From: an uncultured bacterium
Lineage (GTDB): Bacteria; Hydrothermota; UBA3073; NMUJ01
Reading direction: 5' to 3'
DNA: 28,549 nucleotides
Assembly: GCA_965612795.1 (NCBI GenBank)
Contig: CBFDTI010000009.1
Span: 1-28,549, forward strand
The number at the start of each line of letters is the position of its first letter. The first letter of the stretch is position 1. Below, piece by piece: positions 9,058 through 18,261 of this stretch. The notes beneath the pieces were generated by a model. The model was not told the origin of the DNA, did no database searches, and was given only the letters and a program-made list of their open reading frames with translations. A program made the position numbers and the translations under genes.

Positions 9058-9533
9058 AACGCTTATTTATAGATTTGGAGGTATGCTACAGGTGTCGTGA
9101 GTGTGTGGCGAAATGTAGCTACCCACACCATCCGGAAAATAATGGGATTGTGAGCCTGCTGGAAGAGGTGGCACGTGTACTTGTGTGTCGTAAATGTGAG
9201 GATGCACCCTGTGTGGTTAGCTGTCCTAATGAGGCGCTCGAGAAGCGTGAAGATGGTGTAGTTGTCCGCCACACCATGTTATGTACCGGTTGTGGTACGT
9301 GTTCGTTGGCATGCCCGTTTGGTACAATCTATCCTGAGATTATACCGTATTTGGTGTCGCGTTGTGATTACTGTATCGGACGTGTGGAAGATCAACCCCT
9401 ATGTGTGGAGACCTGTCCATACGGGGCGTTGAGGTATGAAGAGGTGGAGGAGGATAAGGAAAAGGACATATATCTCATAGGTGATCATCTTGCAGTACAT
9501 AGTATACCATGGATTAAGGAAGAGGTGAAATGA
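9054..9533 (+). CDS. HycB/HyfA/CooF/DmsB-type 4x[4Fe-4S] electron-transfer protein
   Basis: CYRCRECVAKC, CRKCEDAPCVVSCP, CTGCGTCSLACPFG, RCDYC...PLCVETCP. ATGA overlap with the upstream stop at 9054. Confidence 0.85.
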   Translation: MKRLFIDLEVCYRCRECVAKCSYPHHPENNGIVSLLEEVARVLVCRKCEDAPCVVSCPNEALEKREDGVVVRHTMLCTGCGTCSLACPFGTIYPEIIPYLVSRCDYCIGRVEDQPLCVETCPYGALRYEEVEEDKEKDIYLIGDHLAVHSIPWIKEEVK

Positions 9534-10453
9534 ACTGGCTGTTTAACTTCATAGTGTTTCCGGGTTTTATATTCACCGCAGCTATAGGGATGTTGGCGAG
9601 TTGGTTTGACCGCAAACTTACCGCCCGTGTACAGTGGCGGGTGGGGCCACCAGTTTTGCAGCCACTTTATGATTTTGTTAAACTATTGGGCAAGGAAACA
9701 ATCGTCCCGAAAGGTAGTTTCGGTACGTTCGTGTTGGCACCTATATTGAGTCTTGTATCGGTGACTATAGTATCAACTATGATCTGGAATGTGATGTTAT
9801 GGCCAGAGAGGGGGTTTGTTGGGGATCTAATTGTCACATTGTATTTGTTGACAATACCGTCGATTGCACTAATTATAGGAGGTGCGGCATCAAGGAACCC
9901 ACTCGCTTCACTTGGTGTGAGCCGCGAAATCAAGCTGATGCTGAGTTACGAGTTGCCGTTCATCATAGCGATGTTCGTACCTGTGATAAAAGCGGGCGGT
10001 ACCATCAAATTGGGTGGCCTGCTAACTTACCAATGGGCAAATGGCCTATTTATCGGGTCGTGGTCAGGTGCTATAGCGTTTGCATGTGTGCTTGCATGTA
10101 TACAGGCGAAACTTGCATATGTGCCGTTTGATATACCGGAGGCTGAAACCGAGGTAAACAATGGACCGCTAATCGAATATTCGGGTACACCGTTGGCGAT
10201 CTTCAAGCTATCACGCTGGATGTTGTTGTTTGTTCTACCAATATTTGTGATATTTATGTTTATGGGTGGTATAAGTTTACATGGCTGGCATATACTGTGG
10301 GGTATACTCAAATACATAATGATTTTGGGGCTTGTGGTATTGGTTAAGGCGACCAACCCAAGGGTTAGGATTGACCAGGCGTTGAAATTCTTCTGGTGGG
10401 GTGTTACACCGTTGGCGATCATTGCGGTAATTCTTGCATTTGTGGGGGTGTGA
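9530..10453 (+). CDS. Group 4 hydrogenase membrane subunit (NuoH/HycD/MbhM family)
   Basis: DRKLTARVQWRVGPPVLQPLYDFVKLLGKE, PFDIPEAETEV..GPLIEYSG, NPRVRIDQ; multiple hydrophobic helices. Confidence 0.92.
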   Translation: MNWLFNFIVFPGFIFTAAIGMLASWFDRKLTARVQWRVGPPVLQPLYDFVKLLGKETIVPKGSFGTFVLAPILSLVSVTIVSTMIWNVMLWPERGFVGDLIVTLYLLTIPSIALIIGGAASRNPLASLGVSREIKLMLSYELPFIIAMFVPVIKAGGTIKLGGLLTYQWANGLFIGSWSGAIAFACVLACIQAKLAYVPFDIPEAETEVNNGPLIEYSGTPLAIFKLSRWMLLFVLPIFVIFMFMGGISLHGWHILWGILKYIMILGLVVLVKATNPRVRIDQALKFFWWGVTPLAIIAVILAFVGV

Positions 10454-10869
10454 TGAGTGTTAAGCTTAAAGCGCTTAAACGTTCGATCTGGTTGTTCCAC
10501 TTCAATAGCGGGTCGTGTAACAACTGTGATATTGAAATCGTGGATTGTCTAACACCACGATATGACTTGGAGCGATTTGGTATCAAGCTTGTTGGTAGCA
10601 TACGTCATGCAGATGTTATGGTGGTTACAGGGTTTGTATCACGTCAGGCAGCACCAAGGTTGAAGCTACTATATGAGCAGGCACCCAAACCCATATTTGT
10701 TGTAGCTGTAGGTACGTGTGCATGTTCAGGTGGTATATTTGCGCCTTCGTATAATATGGCAGGGCCAGTCGATAAGATTATACCCGTGGATGCATATATA
10801 CCTGGGTGTCCACCCAAACCTGAAGCTATAATTATGGGGGTGGTGAAGCTTTTGAGTAAGTTGAAATGA
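10453..10869 (+). CDS. Group 4 [NiFe]-hydrogenase small subunit (HycG/MbhJ/NuoB family)
   Basis: GSCNNCDIE (CxxC, hydrogenase type rather than the CC of NuoB), RHADVMVVTG, GTCACSGG, YIPGCPPKPE. Start corrected to ATG 10453 (TGATG overlap). Confidence 0.92.
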   Translation: MSVKLKALKRSIWLFHFNSGSCNNCDIEIVDCLTPRYDLERFGIKLVGSIRHADVMVVTGFVSRQAAPRLKLLYEQAPKPIFVVAVGTCACSGGIFAPSYNMAGPVDKIIPVDAYIPGCPPKPEAIIMGVVKLLSKLK

Positions 10870-11312
10870 ACCCAATAGATAGTGTAAAGGAAAAATTTAA
10901 GGATAAGATTGTGAAGTTTCACGAGAAGTCGCCACGTCGATACTATATTGATATAAGGAAGGAGGATCTGCTGGACTTCGTGGAGTACATATTCAACGAG
11001 CTACATGCGCGATATATGATACTGAGTGGGGTTGATAACCCACCAGATCATATAGAGGTGCTGTATCACTTTAGTTTCGATAATATCGGTAAGGTGGTAA
11101 CGTTGCGGGTGACACTCGACAGAGAAAACCCAGAAGTCGAATCCATCAGCCCCATCGTGACGGGTGCACAGTGGATAGAGCGTGAAGTACAGGATATCTT
11201 GGGTGTGAAGTTCCTAAACCATCCCGACCCCAGACGGTTTATACTGCCGGATGATTGGCCGGAAGGTAAATACCCGTTACGTAAAGATTATAAGGTAGGG
11301 CAAGATGAGTAA
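10866..11312 (+). CDS. NuoC/MbhK-like subunit
   Basis: LSGVD..IEVLYHFS, ESIS...WIEREVQDILGVKFLNHPDPRRFILPDDWPEGKYPLRKD. Confidence 0.92.
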   Translation: MNPIDSVKEKFKDKIVKFHEKSPRRYYIDIRKEDLLDFVEYIFNELHARYMILSGVDNPPDHIEVLYHFSFDNIGKVVTLRVTLDRENPEVESISPIVTGAQWIEREVQDILGVKFLNHPDPRRFILPDDWPEGKYPLRKDYKVGQDE

Positions 11313-12495
11313 ACGTACCGTGATACCGATTGGACCATACCATCCGTTACAGAAGGAAGGTGAATTCTTCCAACTTTATGTGGAAGGTGAAACGGTTGTA
11401 GATATCGACTGGAAGACGGGGTACAACCATCGTGGTATAGAGAAGGTTTCCGAATCGCTATCTTTTGACCAGGTTACGTTCCTTGTTGAACGTGTCTGTG
11501 GGATATGTTCAACCTCACACCCGATGGCATTCTGTAATGCGGTTGAGGACCTGTGTGGGGTTGAGATACCCGAACGTGCTAAATATATACGATCGATAAT
11601 TGCTGAGCTGGAGAGGCTACATTCGCACCTGTTATGGTTTGGGCTTGCGGGTCACTTCATTGGATACGATACAGTCTTTATGTGGGCATGGCGGTACCGT
11701 GAACCTGTCTGCGATATTATGGAAGCGGTTACAGGTAACCGACAGAACTATGCGATGTTGAAGCCTGGTGGTGTGAGGCGTGACATAGAGGATGACGATA
11801 TACCAGAGATACTGAAGATGGTGCGCGAACTGAAGCCTGTGCTGGAGAAGTTTGTGAAAATTGTCATGGATGATCCCGTAATCCATGCACGTACAAAGGG
11901 TATTGGGGTACTGACGAAAGAGGCTGCACATAGGTTTGGTGCGGTGGGGCCTACCGTTCGTGCATCCGGTATACCGATAGATGTGAGGAAGGATTATCCA
12001 TACGCAGCGTATGATCTGGTGGAATGGAATGTTATAACATGTGAAAACGGTGACGTATTTGATAAGGTAGCGGTTAGGTTGTTGGAGATGTTGGAATCGA
12101 TCAAGATTATCGAACAGTGTCTTGAAAGGTTGAAAAAGGTGAAAGGTGAGATAGACGCTAAAATAAAAGAAATACCGCCAGGCGAGGGTATCGGTATAGC
12201 TGAGGCACCTCGTGGTGAGGTGTTCCATTACATTCGATCAGATGGCACAAATAGACCTGTTAGACATAAGATACGTGCACCAAGTTTTGTTAATGTGCCA
12301 ACTTTCAAAGCTACATGTGTCGGCTATCAGGTAGCGGATGCGGTGATAACGTTAGCTGCCGTCGACCCTTGTTATTCATGTACTGAACGTATGCAGGCAG
12401 TGGTTGACGGTGGTGAAAGAGTGTTAGGGTGGAAAGAGCTAGTTGAGTTAAGTCGCCAAAAAACTGATAGAATTAGGAAGGAGTTAGGCTTATGA
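11305..12495 (+). CDS. Group 4 [NiFe]-hydrogenase large subunit (MbhL/HycE family)
   Basis: GPYHP...E, GYNHRGIEK, L1 motif ERVCGICSTSH, EAPRGE, L2 motif DPCYSCTER, then a 34-aa C-terminal extension. Confidence 0.95.
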   Translation: MSKRTVIPIGPYHPLQKEGEFFQLYVEGETVVDIDWKTGYNHRGIEKVSESLSFDQVTFLVERVCGICSTSHPMAFCNAVEDLCGVEIPERAKYIRSIIAELERLHSHLLWFGLAGHFIGYDTVFMWAWRYREPVCDIMEAVTGNRQNYAMLKPGGVRRDIEDDDIPEILKMVRELKPVLEKFVKIVMDDPVIHARTKGIGVLTKEAAHRFGAVGPTVRASGIPIDVRKDYPYAAYDLVEWNVITCENGDVFDKVAVRLLEMLESIKIIEQCLERLKKVKGEIDAKIKEIPPGEGIGIAEAPRGEVFHYIRSDGTNRPVRHKIRAPSFVNVPTFKATCVGYQVADAVITLAAVDPCYSCTERMQAVVDGGERVLGWKELVELSRQKTDRIRKELGL

Positions 12496-14306
12496 GCGAA
12501 ATTTTGTATCTTTTGGCGATACCGTTTGTGACGGGAGTGGTTGCAATCTTCCTACCCAAAAAGGTACGCCCCGCTATCGAGACAGTTGGTATACTCGGTA
12601 GTGTGGGTAGTCTGGCATATGTTACTTATGTTTATGTGAACCTCGTAAGTTATACATCGAGCTGGTGGCGTATTGATGGGTTATCGCGTTTCATATTGCT
12701 GTTCTGTGGTGTGTTTGGATTCCTGATCGCATTGTATTCGTTAAAATTTATGCGTAGATTCGATAGGTTAAACGAATATTACGGATATCTGTTGTTTACG
12801 ATAGGTGCATCGTTTGGTGCTGTGCTTGCAAATAATATGATACTACTTGTGGGGTTCTGGGGGTTTCTTGCATTTACGTTGTTTATGTTGATCACAATTG
12901 GTGGCCCCGACCGCACTGGGGTATCTGAAGCAGCCAAAAAGACGCTCATAATTGTGGGCGGTTCTGACTGCTTAATGATACTGGGGGTTGTGATATTGGG
13001 GTTGTTGGGCAACTCACTGCGTATGGATTCGATGAACGTATCCGTAGGTACGTCGAGGTTGGCTGCACTTGCGTTTGTGTTGCTTGCGGTGACAAGCTTT
13101 GCGAAGGCGGGTGCCATGCCAATGCATACATGGATACCGGATTGCGCAGAGTTTGCACCTATCTCGGTGACTGCATTTTTACCTGCATCGGTGGATAAGT
13201 TACTCGGTATATATCTGCTTGCGAGATTGGTTATGGACATCTTTGTGCTAAATACTGCGATGAAGATATTCCTGCTGGCAGTGGGTGCGTTCACTGTACT
13301 TGCAGCTGTGATGATGGCACTTATCCAACATGATGCTAAACGGTTGTTATCCTATCACGCGGTTTCACAGGTAGGTTATATGGTGTTGGGTATCGGTACA
13401 TGTAATCCCATTGGTATAGCGGGCGGGTTATTCCATATGCTTAACCACGCAATCTATAAAGGATGTTTATTCCTAACCGCGGGCGGTGTCGAACACCGTA
13501 CTGGTACTACTCACCTGGATAGGTTGGGTGGGCTTGCACACTTTATGCCGATTACTTTTGTTAGCTTCCTTGTGGCTGCGCTCGCAATATCTGGTGTGCC
13601 GCCACTTAATGGGTTTGCAAGTAAGTGGCTCGTCTATCAGGGGTTAATCATGTTAAGTAATGAAGGTGGTAAACTATGGATCATCTGGTTAGTGGCGGCA
13701 ATGTTCGGTAGTGCGCTTACGTTGGCCAGCTTCATGAAGTTAGGGCATGCAATATTTTTGGGTCAAACACCAGATTATGAAAGAGCTACCGGGTACAAAG
13801 TGAGGGAAGTGCATTGGTCGATGTGGTTACCTATGGTTGTGTTGGCGGGTCTGTGTCTGGCTTTCGGTATATTTGCGTTTAGGTTACCACTTGCAAAATT
13901 TATTTACCCAGCAGTGGGTAAGGTGCTTATACCTGGGTTCTGGCAACCCACACTGGCAACAATTTTGATACTCGTGGGTATAGTGGTTGGGTTTATAATC
14001 TATCTTATGGGTAGAATTAAGATACGTGAAGATGCTGTACCATTCATAGGGGGTGAGGTCTTACCGGAAGAGGTACGGGTGACGGGGACCGACTTCTACG
14101 ACACTATCCGGGAGATGTCGATTCTACGTACAATTTACAGTAAAGCGGAACAGAAGCTGTTCGACATATACGAGCTGGGCAAAAGAGCGTTCCTATTCTT
14201 AGCGCGTGGTGTATCGTATGCACATGTGGGGGTGTTGACTTCATATGTGGCATGGATATTTTTGGGGTTAATGGCGATCTTGTTCGTAGTTGTTAGGTTG
14301 AGATGA
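12492..14306 (+). CDS. Long antiporter-like membrane subunit (NuoL/MrpA/HyfB family)
   Basis: AKAGAMPMHTWIPD, KRLLSYHAVSQVGY, HMLNHAIYKGCLF, GVPPLNGFASKW; C-terminal amphipathic segment plus final TM helix. Confidence 0.9.
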   Translation: MSEILYLLAIPFVTGVVAIFLPKKVRPAIETVGILGSVGSLAYVTYVYVNLVSYTSSWWRIDGLSRFILLFCGVFGFLIALYSLKFMRRFDRLNEYYGYLLFTIGASFGAVLANNMILLVGFWGFLAFTLFMLITIGGPDRTGVSEAAKKTLIIVGGSDCLMILGVVILGLLGNSLRMDSMNVSVGTSRLAALAFVLLAVTSFAKAGAMPMHTWIPDCAEFAPISVTAFLPASVDKLLGIYLLARLVMDIFVLNTAMKIFLLAVGAFTVLAAVMMALIQHDAKRLLSYHAVSQVGYMVLGIGTCNPIGIAGGLFHMLNHAIYKGCLFLTAGGVEHRTGTTHLDRLGGLAHFMPITFVSFLVAALAISGVPPLNGFASKWLVYQGLIMLSNEGGKLWIIWLVAAMFGSALTLASFMKLGHAIFLGQTPDYERATGYKVREVHWSMWLPMVVLAGLCLAFGIFAFRLPLAKFIYPAVGKVLIPGFWQPTLATILILVGIVVGFIIYLMGRIKIREDAVPFIGGEVLPEEVRVTGTDFYDTIREMSILRTIYSKAEQKLFDIYELGKRAFLFLARGVSYAHVGVLTSYVAWIFLGLMAILFVVVRLR

Positions 14307-14839
14307 TCGACCTTTATATTTGGACAGGGTTGATGATAATCGGTGCGATTGTGGCGCTTGAGGCACCGGATCTTATCTCAGCAATCATTTCATTGGGTGT
14401 GTGTGGGTTTAGTCTGGTGTTCATATTTTTGCGTTTACATGCACCTGATCTTGCAATCGTACAAATCATAGTTGAGACATTGTCGCTCATAATTTTGATT
14501 GCTGCGGTACTGAGGACTACACGTGAAGATACGCAGGAGAGGTTAAGCCTACAGAAGGTAGCGTTATGGTTGGGTGGTCTATTCTTCATGACGGTGTTCA
14601 TGCTCTCCGCATATCAGATAGCGCATGAGATGAGTAGGTTCGGGCATCCATTACTGCGGATGGCGGCAAGCTACTTAGATATGGGGTTGATGAAGACGGG
14701 TGCTGCCAACCTTGTAGCTGCGGTGATATTGGACTTTCGTGCATATGATACATTGGGTGAAGCTACGGTACTGTTCACGTCGGTTATTGGGGTGATGGCT
14801 GTACTGCGGGCGATTGGTAGGAAGAAGCGTGGAGGTTAG
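14303..14839 (+). CDS. MrpA C-terminal-like subunit (MbhD+MbhE-like fusion, DUF4040/MnhB-related)
   Basis: APDLAIVQIIVE and NLVAAVILDFRAYDTLGEATVL. Confidence 0.88.
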   Translation: MIDLYIWTGLMIIGAIVALEAPDLISAIISLGVCGFSLVFIFLRLHAPDLAIVQIIVETLSLIILIAAVLRTTREDTQERLSLQKVALWLGGLFFMTVFMLSAYQIAHEMSRFGHPLLRMAASYLDMGLMKTGAANLVAAVILDFRAYDTLGEATVLFTSVIGVMAVLRAIGRKKRGG

Positions 14840-15298
14840 ATGCATAATAATACCCAAAACACTCCGTCGGGTATGAGTTTGATCGTCAAAACCGTAGCCC
14901 GTATATTGGTGGGAATGATAATGCTCTATGGGATCTATATAGTGGCACATGGACACCTAACACCAGGGGGTGGGTTTGCAGGTGGTGTGATAATTGCGGG
15001 TAGCTTCATACTGCTTTATCTTGCATATGGGGCGACTGCTGCGGATAGTGATAGACGTAAGTGGTATGCTTCACTATATGAGAGCCTTGGTATATTTGGG
15101 TTCTGGATAGTGGCAATACTGGGGTTGGTTTTTGGTACGTACTTTTTGCTCAATATCTTTGCAAAGGGTACGCCGTTCCACCTGTTCAGCGCGGGGATAA
15201 TACCTGTATGTAATGTAGCGATTGGGTTTGAGGTTGCGGGTGCGTTGGTGGGAATATTCATAACGTTTGCAGCAGTTAAACTTTTGGAGCGAAAATGA
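14840..15298 (+). CDS. mnhB: Na+/H+ antiporter subunit B (MnhB/MbhF)
   Basis: HGHLTPGGGFAGG signature. Confidence 0.9.
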   Translation: MHNNTQNTPSGMSLIVKTVARILVGMIMLYGIYIVAHGHLTPGGGFAGGVIIAGSFILLYLAYGATAADSDRRKWYASLYESLGIFGFWIVAILGLVFGTYFLLNIFAKGTPFHLFSAGIIPVCNVAIGFEVAGALVGIFITFAAVKLLERK

Positions 15299-15630
15299 TA
15301 CATTATCTGTTGGGTATATTGTTATTTGTGATCGGCCTGTATGGGGTGCTGGTTAAACGTAACCTGTTCAAGATCGTCATCGGGTTGATCATCATGGAGT
15401 ATGCGACCTTCCTGTTGTTTGCACTCGTGGGGTTTAGGGAGCACGGTACTGCACCCATACAGCCGGGTGTGGCTGGTAAGGTGTTTGTCGACCCACTACC
15501 ACAGGCACTTGTACTAACAGCGATCGTTATAGGGCTCGGTACGACTGCACTTATAGCGGGGTTGGCGGTTAGGATTTACGAAAAGTATGGTACGTTGGAT
15601 ATTAGGAAGATTAAGAAGTTGAAGGGTTGA
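15295..15630 (+). CDS. mnhC: Na+/H+ antiporter subunit C (MnhC/MbhG)
   Basis: NLFKIVIGL and DPLPQALVLTAIVIG. Confidence 0.92.
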   Translation: MIHYLLGILLFVIGLYGVLVKRNLFKIVIGLIIMEYATFLLFALVGFREHGTAPIQPGVAGKVFVDPLPQALVLTAIVIGLGTTALIAGLAVRIYEKYGTLDIRKIKKLKG

Positions 15631-17126
15631 AAATGGTCAACTCTATACCATTATTTGTGGCGATACCGCTGGGTTGTGCATTTATACTGCCACTAATAGG
15701 TAGGAGATGGGAGCGTGCAGGCGACCTATTTGCTAACCTTGTAACTGCAACACTGCTGGGGCTCGCAATATGGAGTGTAAGGTTCATACGTGAGACAACC
15801 GTCTATCATGTGGGAGGTTGGGGTGCGGTGAATGGTATTCCAATAGGTATCTACCTTGTGCGTGATGGATTAAGCATATTTATGTTGGTGGTTGTTAATT
15901 TGATTGCGTTTGCAGCTACATTGTACTCGATCAACTATATGGAGCATTTCACGGATAAGACGAAATACTATACGTTGTTTATGTTGATGCTCGCCGGTAT
16001 GAATGGCGTTATACTGACGGGTGATTTCTTCAACCTTTATGTGTTCCTGGAGATAGCGGCGATCGCATCCTATGCGTTGGTGGCATTCGGTACGGAAGCT
16101 GACGAACTGGAGGCTGCATTCAAGTATCAAGTGATGGGTAGTGTAGGATCGGGGTTCATACTGCTAGGTATAATCCTGCTGTATTCATATACAGGTACAC
16201 TCAATATGGCGGACGTTGGTAGAGTTGTACTGGATAAGGGTACATCCAACCTTGTATGGTTTGTGAATGTACTGTTTATTGTGGGGTTTGGACTTAAAGC
16301 AGCAGTTGTACCGTTCCATATGTGGCTACCGGATGCACATCCGTCAGCACCTGCCCCTATTTCGGCAATGTTGTCAGGTGTGTTAATCGAATCAATAGGC
16401 GTGTATCCATTGACCCGCATAATGTACAATGTGATAGGGTTTGATGGAATTCTATCCAGTATCCTGATAGTCTTAGCGATTATATCGATGATGATAGGAG
16501 GCCTGTTAGCACTATGGCAGTGGGATTATAAGAGGTTACTGGCTTACTCCAGTATAAGTCAGGTAGGTTATATCTTGTTGGGGATTGGTTTAGGTACGCC
16601 GTTGGGCTTGTTGGGGGCGCTGTTCCATCTGTTTAACCATTCCGCATTTAAGGGGTTGCTATTCTTAGACTCCGGCAGTATAGTTTACTCGGTGGGTACG
16701 AGGGATCTACGTGAGATGGGCGAACTTGACCGCAGGATGCCAGTCACCAGTAAAACCAATCTTGTTGCCGCTATGTCGATAGCTGGTGTACCACCGTTTA
16801 ATGGGTTTTGGAGCAAACTTATTATAATCATCGCATGTATACAGGCGGGTCGATATGGGGTTGCGGGGTGGGCTATTTTGGGTAGTATCTTGACATTTGC
16901 GTATATTTTGAAAGCTGAACGCTATGCGTTTTATGGTAAAGCTGGACGAGATATGGCGGATGTGAAGGAATCACCCCCGCTCATGTGTGTTGCATTGATC
17001 ATACTTGCTGTTATATGTGTGGTGGCTGGCCTTATGTTGCTACCCAATGTGAGGGAGACGATTCTATTCCCTGTGGTTAATACATTAACAAGCGGTACAG
17101 AGTATATATGGAGGGTATTGCGATGA
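15627..17126 (+). CDS. mnhD: Na+/H+ antiporter subunit D (MnhD/MbhH)
   Basis: GDFFNLYVFLEI, LEAAFKY, GLKAAVVPFHMWLPDAH, KRLLAYSSISQVGY, GVPPFNGFWSK. Start is TTG 15627 or ATG 15633. Confidence 0.92.
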   Translation: MKMVNSIPLFVAIPLGCAFILPLIGRRWERAGDLFANLVTATLLGLAIWSVRFIRETTVYHVGGWGAVNGIPIGIYLVRDGLSIFMLVVVNLIAFAATLYSINYMEHFTDKTKYYTLFMLMLAGMNGVILTGDFFNLYVFLEIAAIASYALVAFGTEADELEAAFKYQVMGSVGSGFILLGIILLYSYTGTLNMADVGRVVLDKGTSNLVWFVNVLFIVGFGLKAAVVPFHMWLPDAHPSAPAPISAMLSGVLIESIGVYPLTRIMYNVIGFDGILSSILIVLAIISMMIGGLLALWQWDYKRLLAYSSISQVGYILLGIGLGTPLGLLGALFHLFNHSAFKGLLFLDSGSIVYSVGTRDLREMGELDRRMPVTSKTNLVAAMSIAGVPPFNGFWSKLIIIIACIQAGRYGVAGWAILGSILTFAYILKAERYAFYGKAGRDMADVKESPPLMCVALIILAVICVVAGLMLLPNVRETILFPVVNTLTSGTEYIWRVLR

Positions 17127-17608
17127 GGTACTTCGTGCTATTCTTATTTGCGTTCGTTCTGTGGTTACTACTGACGTGGCCTGCGGATTGGCAACATATT
17201 ATTGTGGGGGTGATAGTTTCGACCCTTGTGATGGTGCTCTTCGGTAGGTTGGCTGTTGTCGGTGAAGTGAAGATGTTCGACCCAAAGCGATGGGCTTGGT
17301 TCATTGTATATCTGGTGGTTTTCGTTTGGGAATGTATTAAAGCAAATCTTGACGTTGCGTATAGGGTGATACATCCGCGTATGCCGATAAAGCCTGGTAT
17401 TGTGAAGGTAAAGACTAACCTCAAGTCGGATATTGCACGTACGTTTCTGGCGAATACGATCACCATGACACCGGGTACGCTGTCGGTTGATGTTGACGGT
17501 GATGAACTTTACATACATTGGATATACGTGCGTGATGAAACTGTTGAAGGTGCAACAAAATATATCGTGGGTAGGTTTGAGAGATTTTTGGCAAAGGTGT
17601 TCGAATGA
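17123..17608 (+). CDS. mnhE: Na+/H+ antiporter subunit E (MnhE/MbhA)
   Basis: KANLDVA, IKPGIV, LANTITMTPGTLSVD, LYIHW. ATG 17123 with ATGA overlap and GGAGGG SD. Confidence 0.92.
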   Translation: MRYFVLFLFAFVLWLLLTWPADWQHIIVGVIVSTLVMVLFGRLAVVGEVKMFDPKRWAWFIVYLVVFVWECIKANLDVAYRVIHPRMPIKPGIVKVKTNLKSDIARTFLANTITMTPGTLSVDVDGDELYIHWIYVRDETVEGATKYIVGRFERFLAKVFE

Positions 17609-17666
17609 GTAGCAAACTACAGGTGAAAATATGGGGTGAGGTTGACCGATTCATGAAGGGGTAGGG

Positions 17667-17924
17667 ATGATCTATACACTTATTGTTATACTTGCGGGGA
17701 TTGCAGTATTATGCTTTATACGGGTATGGCGTGGCCCGACAATGGCGGATAGGATGGTGGCAGTTGATATGTTTGGAATCTTAGTTGTAGGGATAACACC
17801 GCTGTTGGCACTTCTATATAAGCGTGAATTCCTTATAGATATTGGGTTGGCATGGATATTCATAAGTTTTATAGGTACGATAGCGTTGGCAAAATATTTG
17901 GAAGGAAGGAAGTTCGATGAATGA
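17667..17924 (+). CDS. mnhF: Na+/H+ antiporter subunit F (MnhF/MbhB)
   Basis: RGPTMADRMVAVD and SFIGTIALAKYL. Confidence 0.92.
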   Translation: MIYTLIVILAGIAVLCFIRVWRGPTMADRMVAVDMFGILVVGITPLLALLYKREFLIDIGLAWIFISFIGTIALAKYLEGRKFDE

Positions 17925-18261
17925 GGTGATAGGTTTGATAATCATAACTGTGGGGGTGGCGTTTGATTTCTTTGGTGTGTTGGGGCTTTTGAGGTTACCT
18001 GATGTGTATAATAGGTTACAGGCGGCTACCAAATGTATAACACTCGGTACTTGTGGTATAATGCTGGGTACGTTCGTTATGAATGGATTTACGGGGTTAG
18101 GGATTAAGGCATTGATTGCGATACCATTTATATTCTTTACTGCGGCAACGGGGTCACATGCGCTTGCACGTGGTGCACATAAGTTTGGTATCAAGTTGTG
18201 GCACAAAAGCGTATGCGATAAGTACAGGGAAAGAGTTACAAGTGACGAGGGTAACAAGTAG
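17917..18261 (+). CDS. mnhG: Na+/H+ antiporter subunit G (MnhG/MbhC)
   Basis: GLLRLPDVYNRLQAATKCITLG and SHALARGA. Confidence 0.92.
   Translation: MNEVIGLIIITVGVAFDFFGVLGLLRLPDVYNRLQAATKCITLGTCGIMLGTFVMNGFTGLGIKALIAIPFIFFTAATGSHALARGAHKFGIKLWHKSVCDKYRERVTSDEGNK

Noticed and set aside
10396..10452. Cys-rich N-terminus (MGCYTVGDHCGNSCICGG) on the small subunit in the ORF track
   Set aside because: It is an upstream in-frame extension overlapping the nuoH-like gene; the coupled ATG at 10453 is the likelier start.
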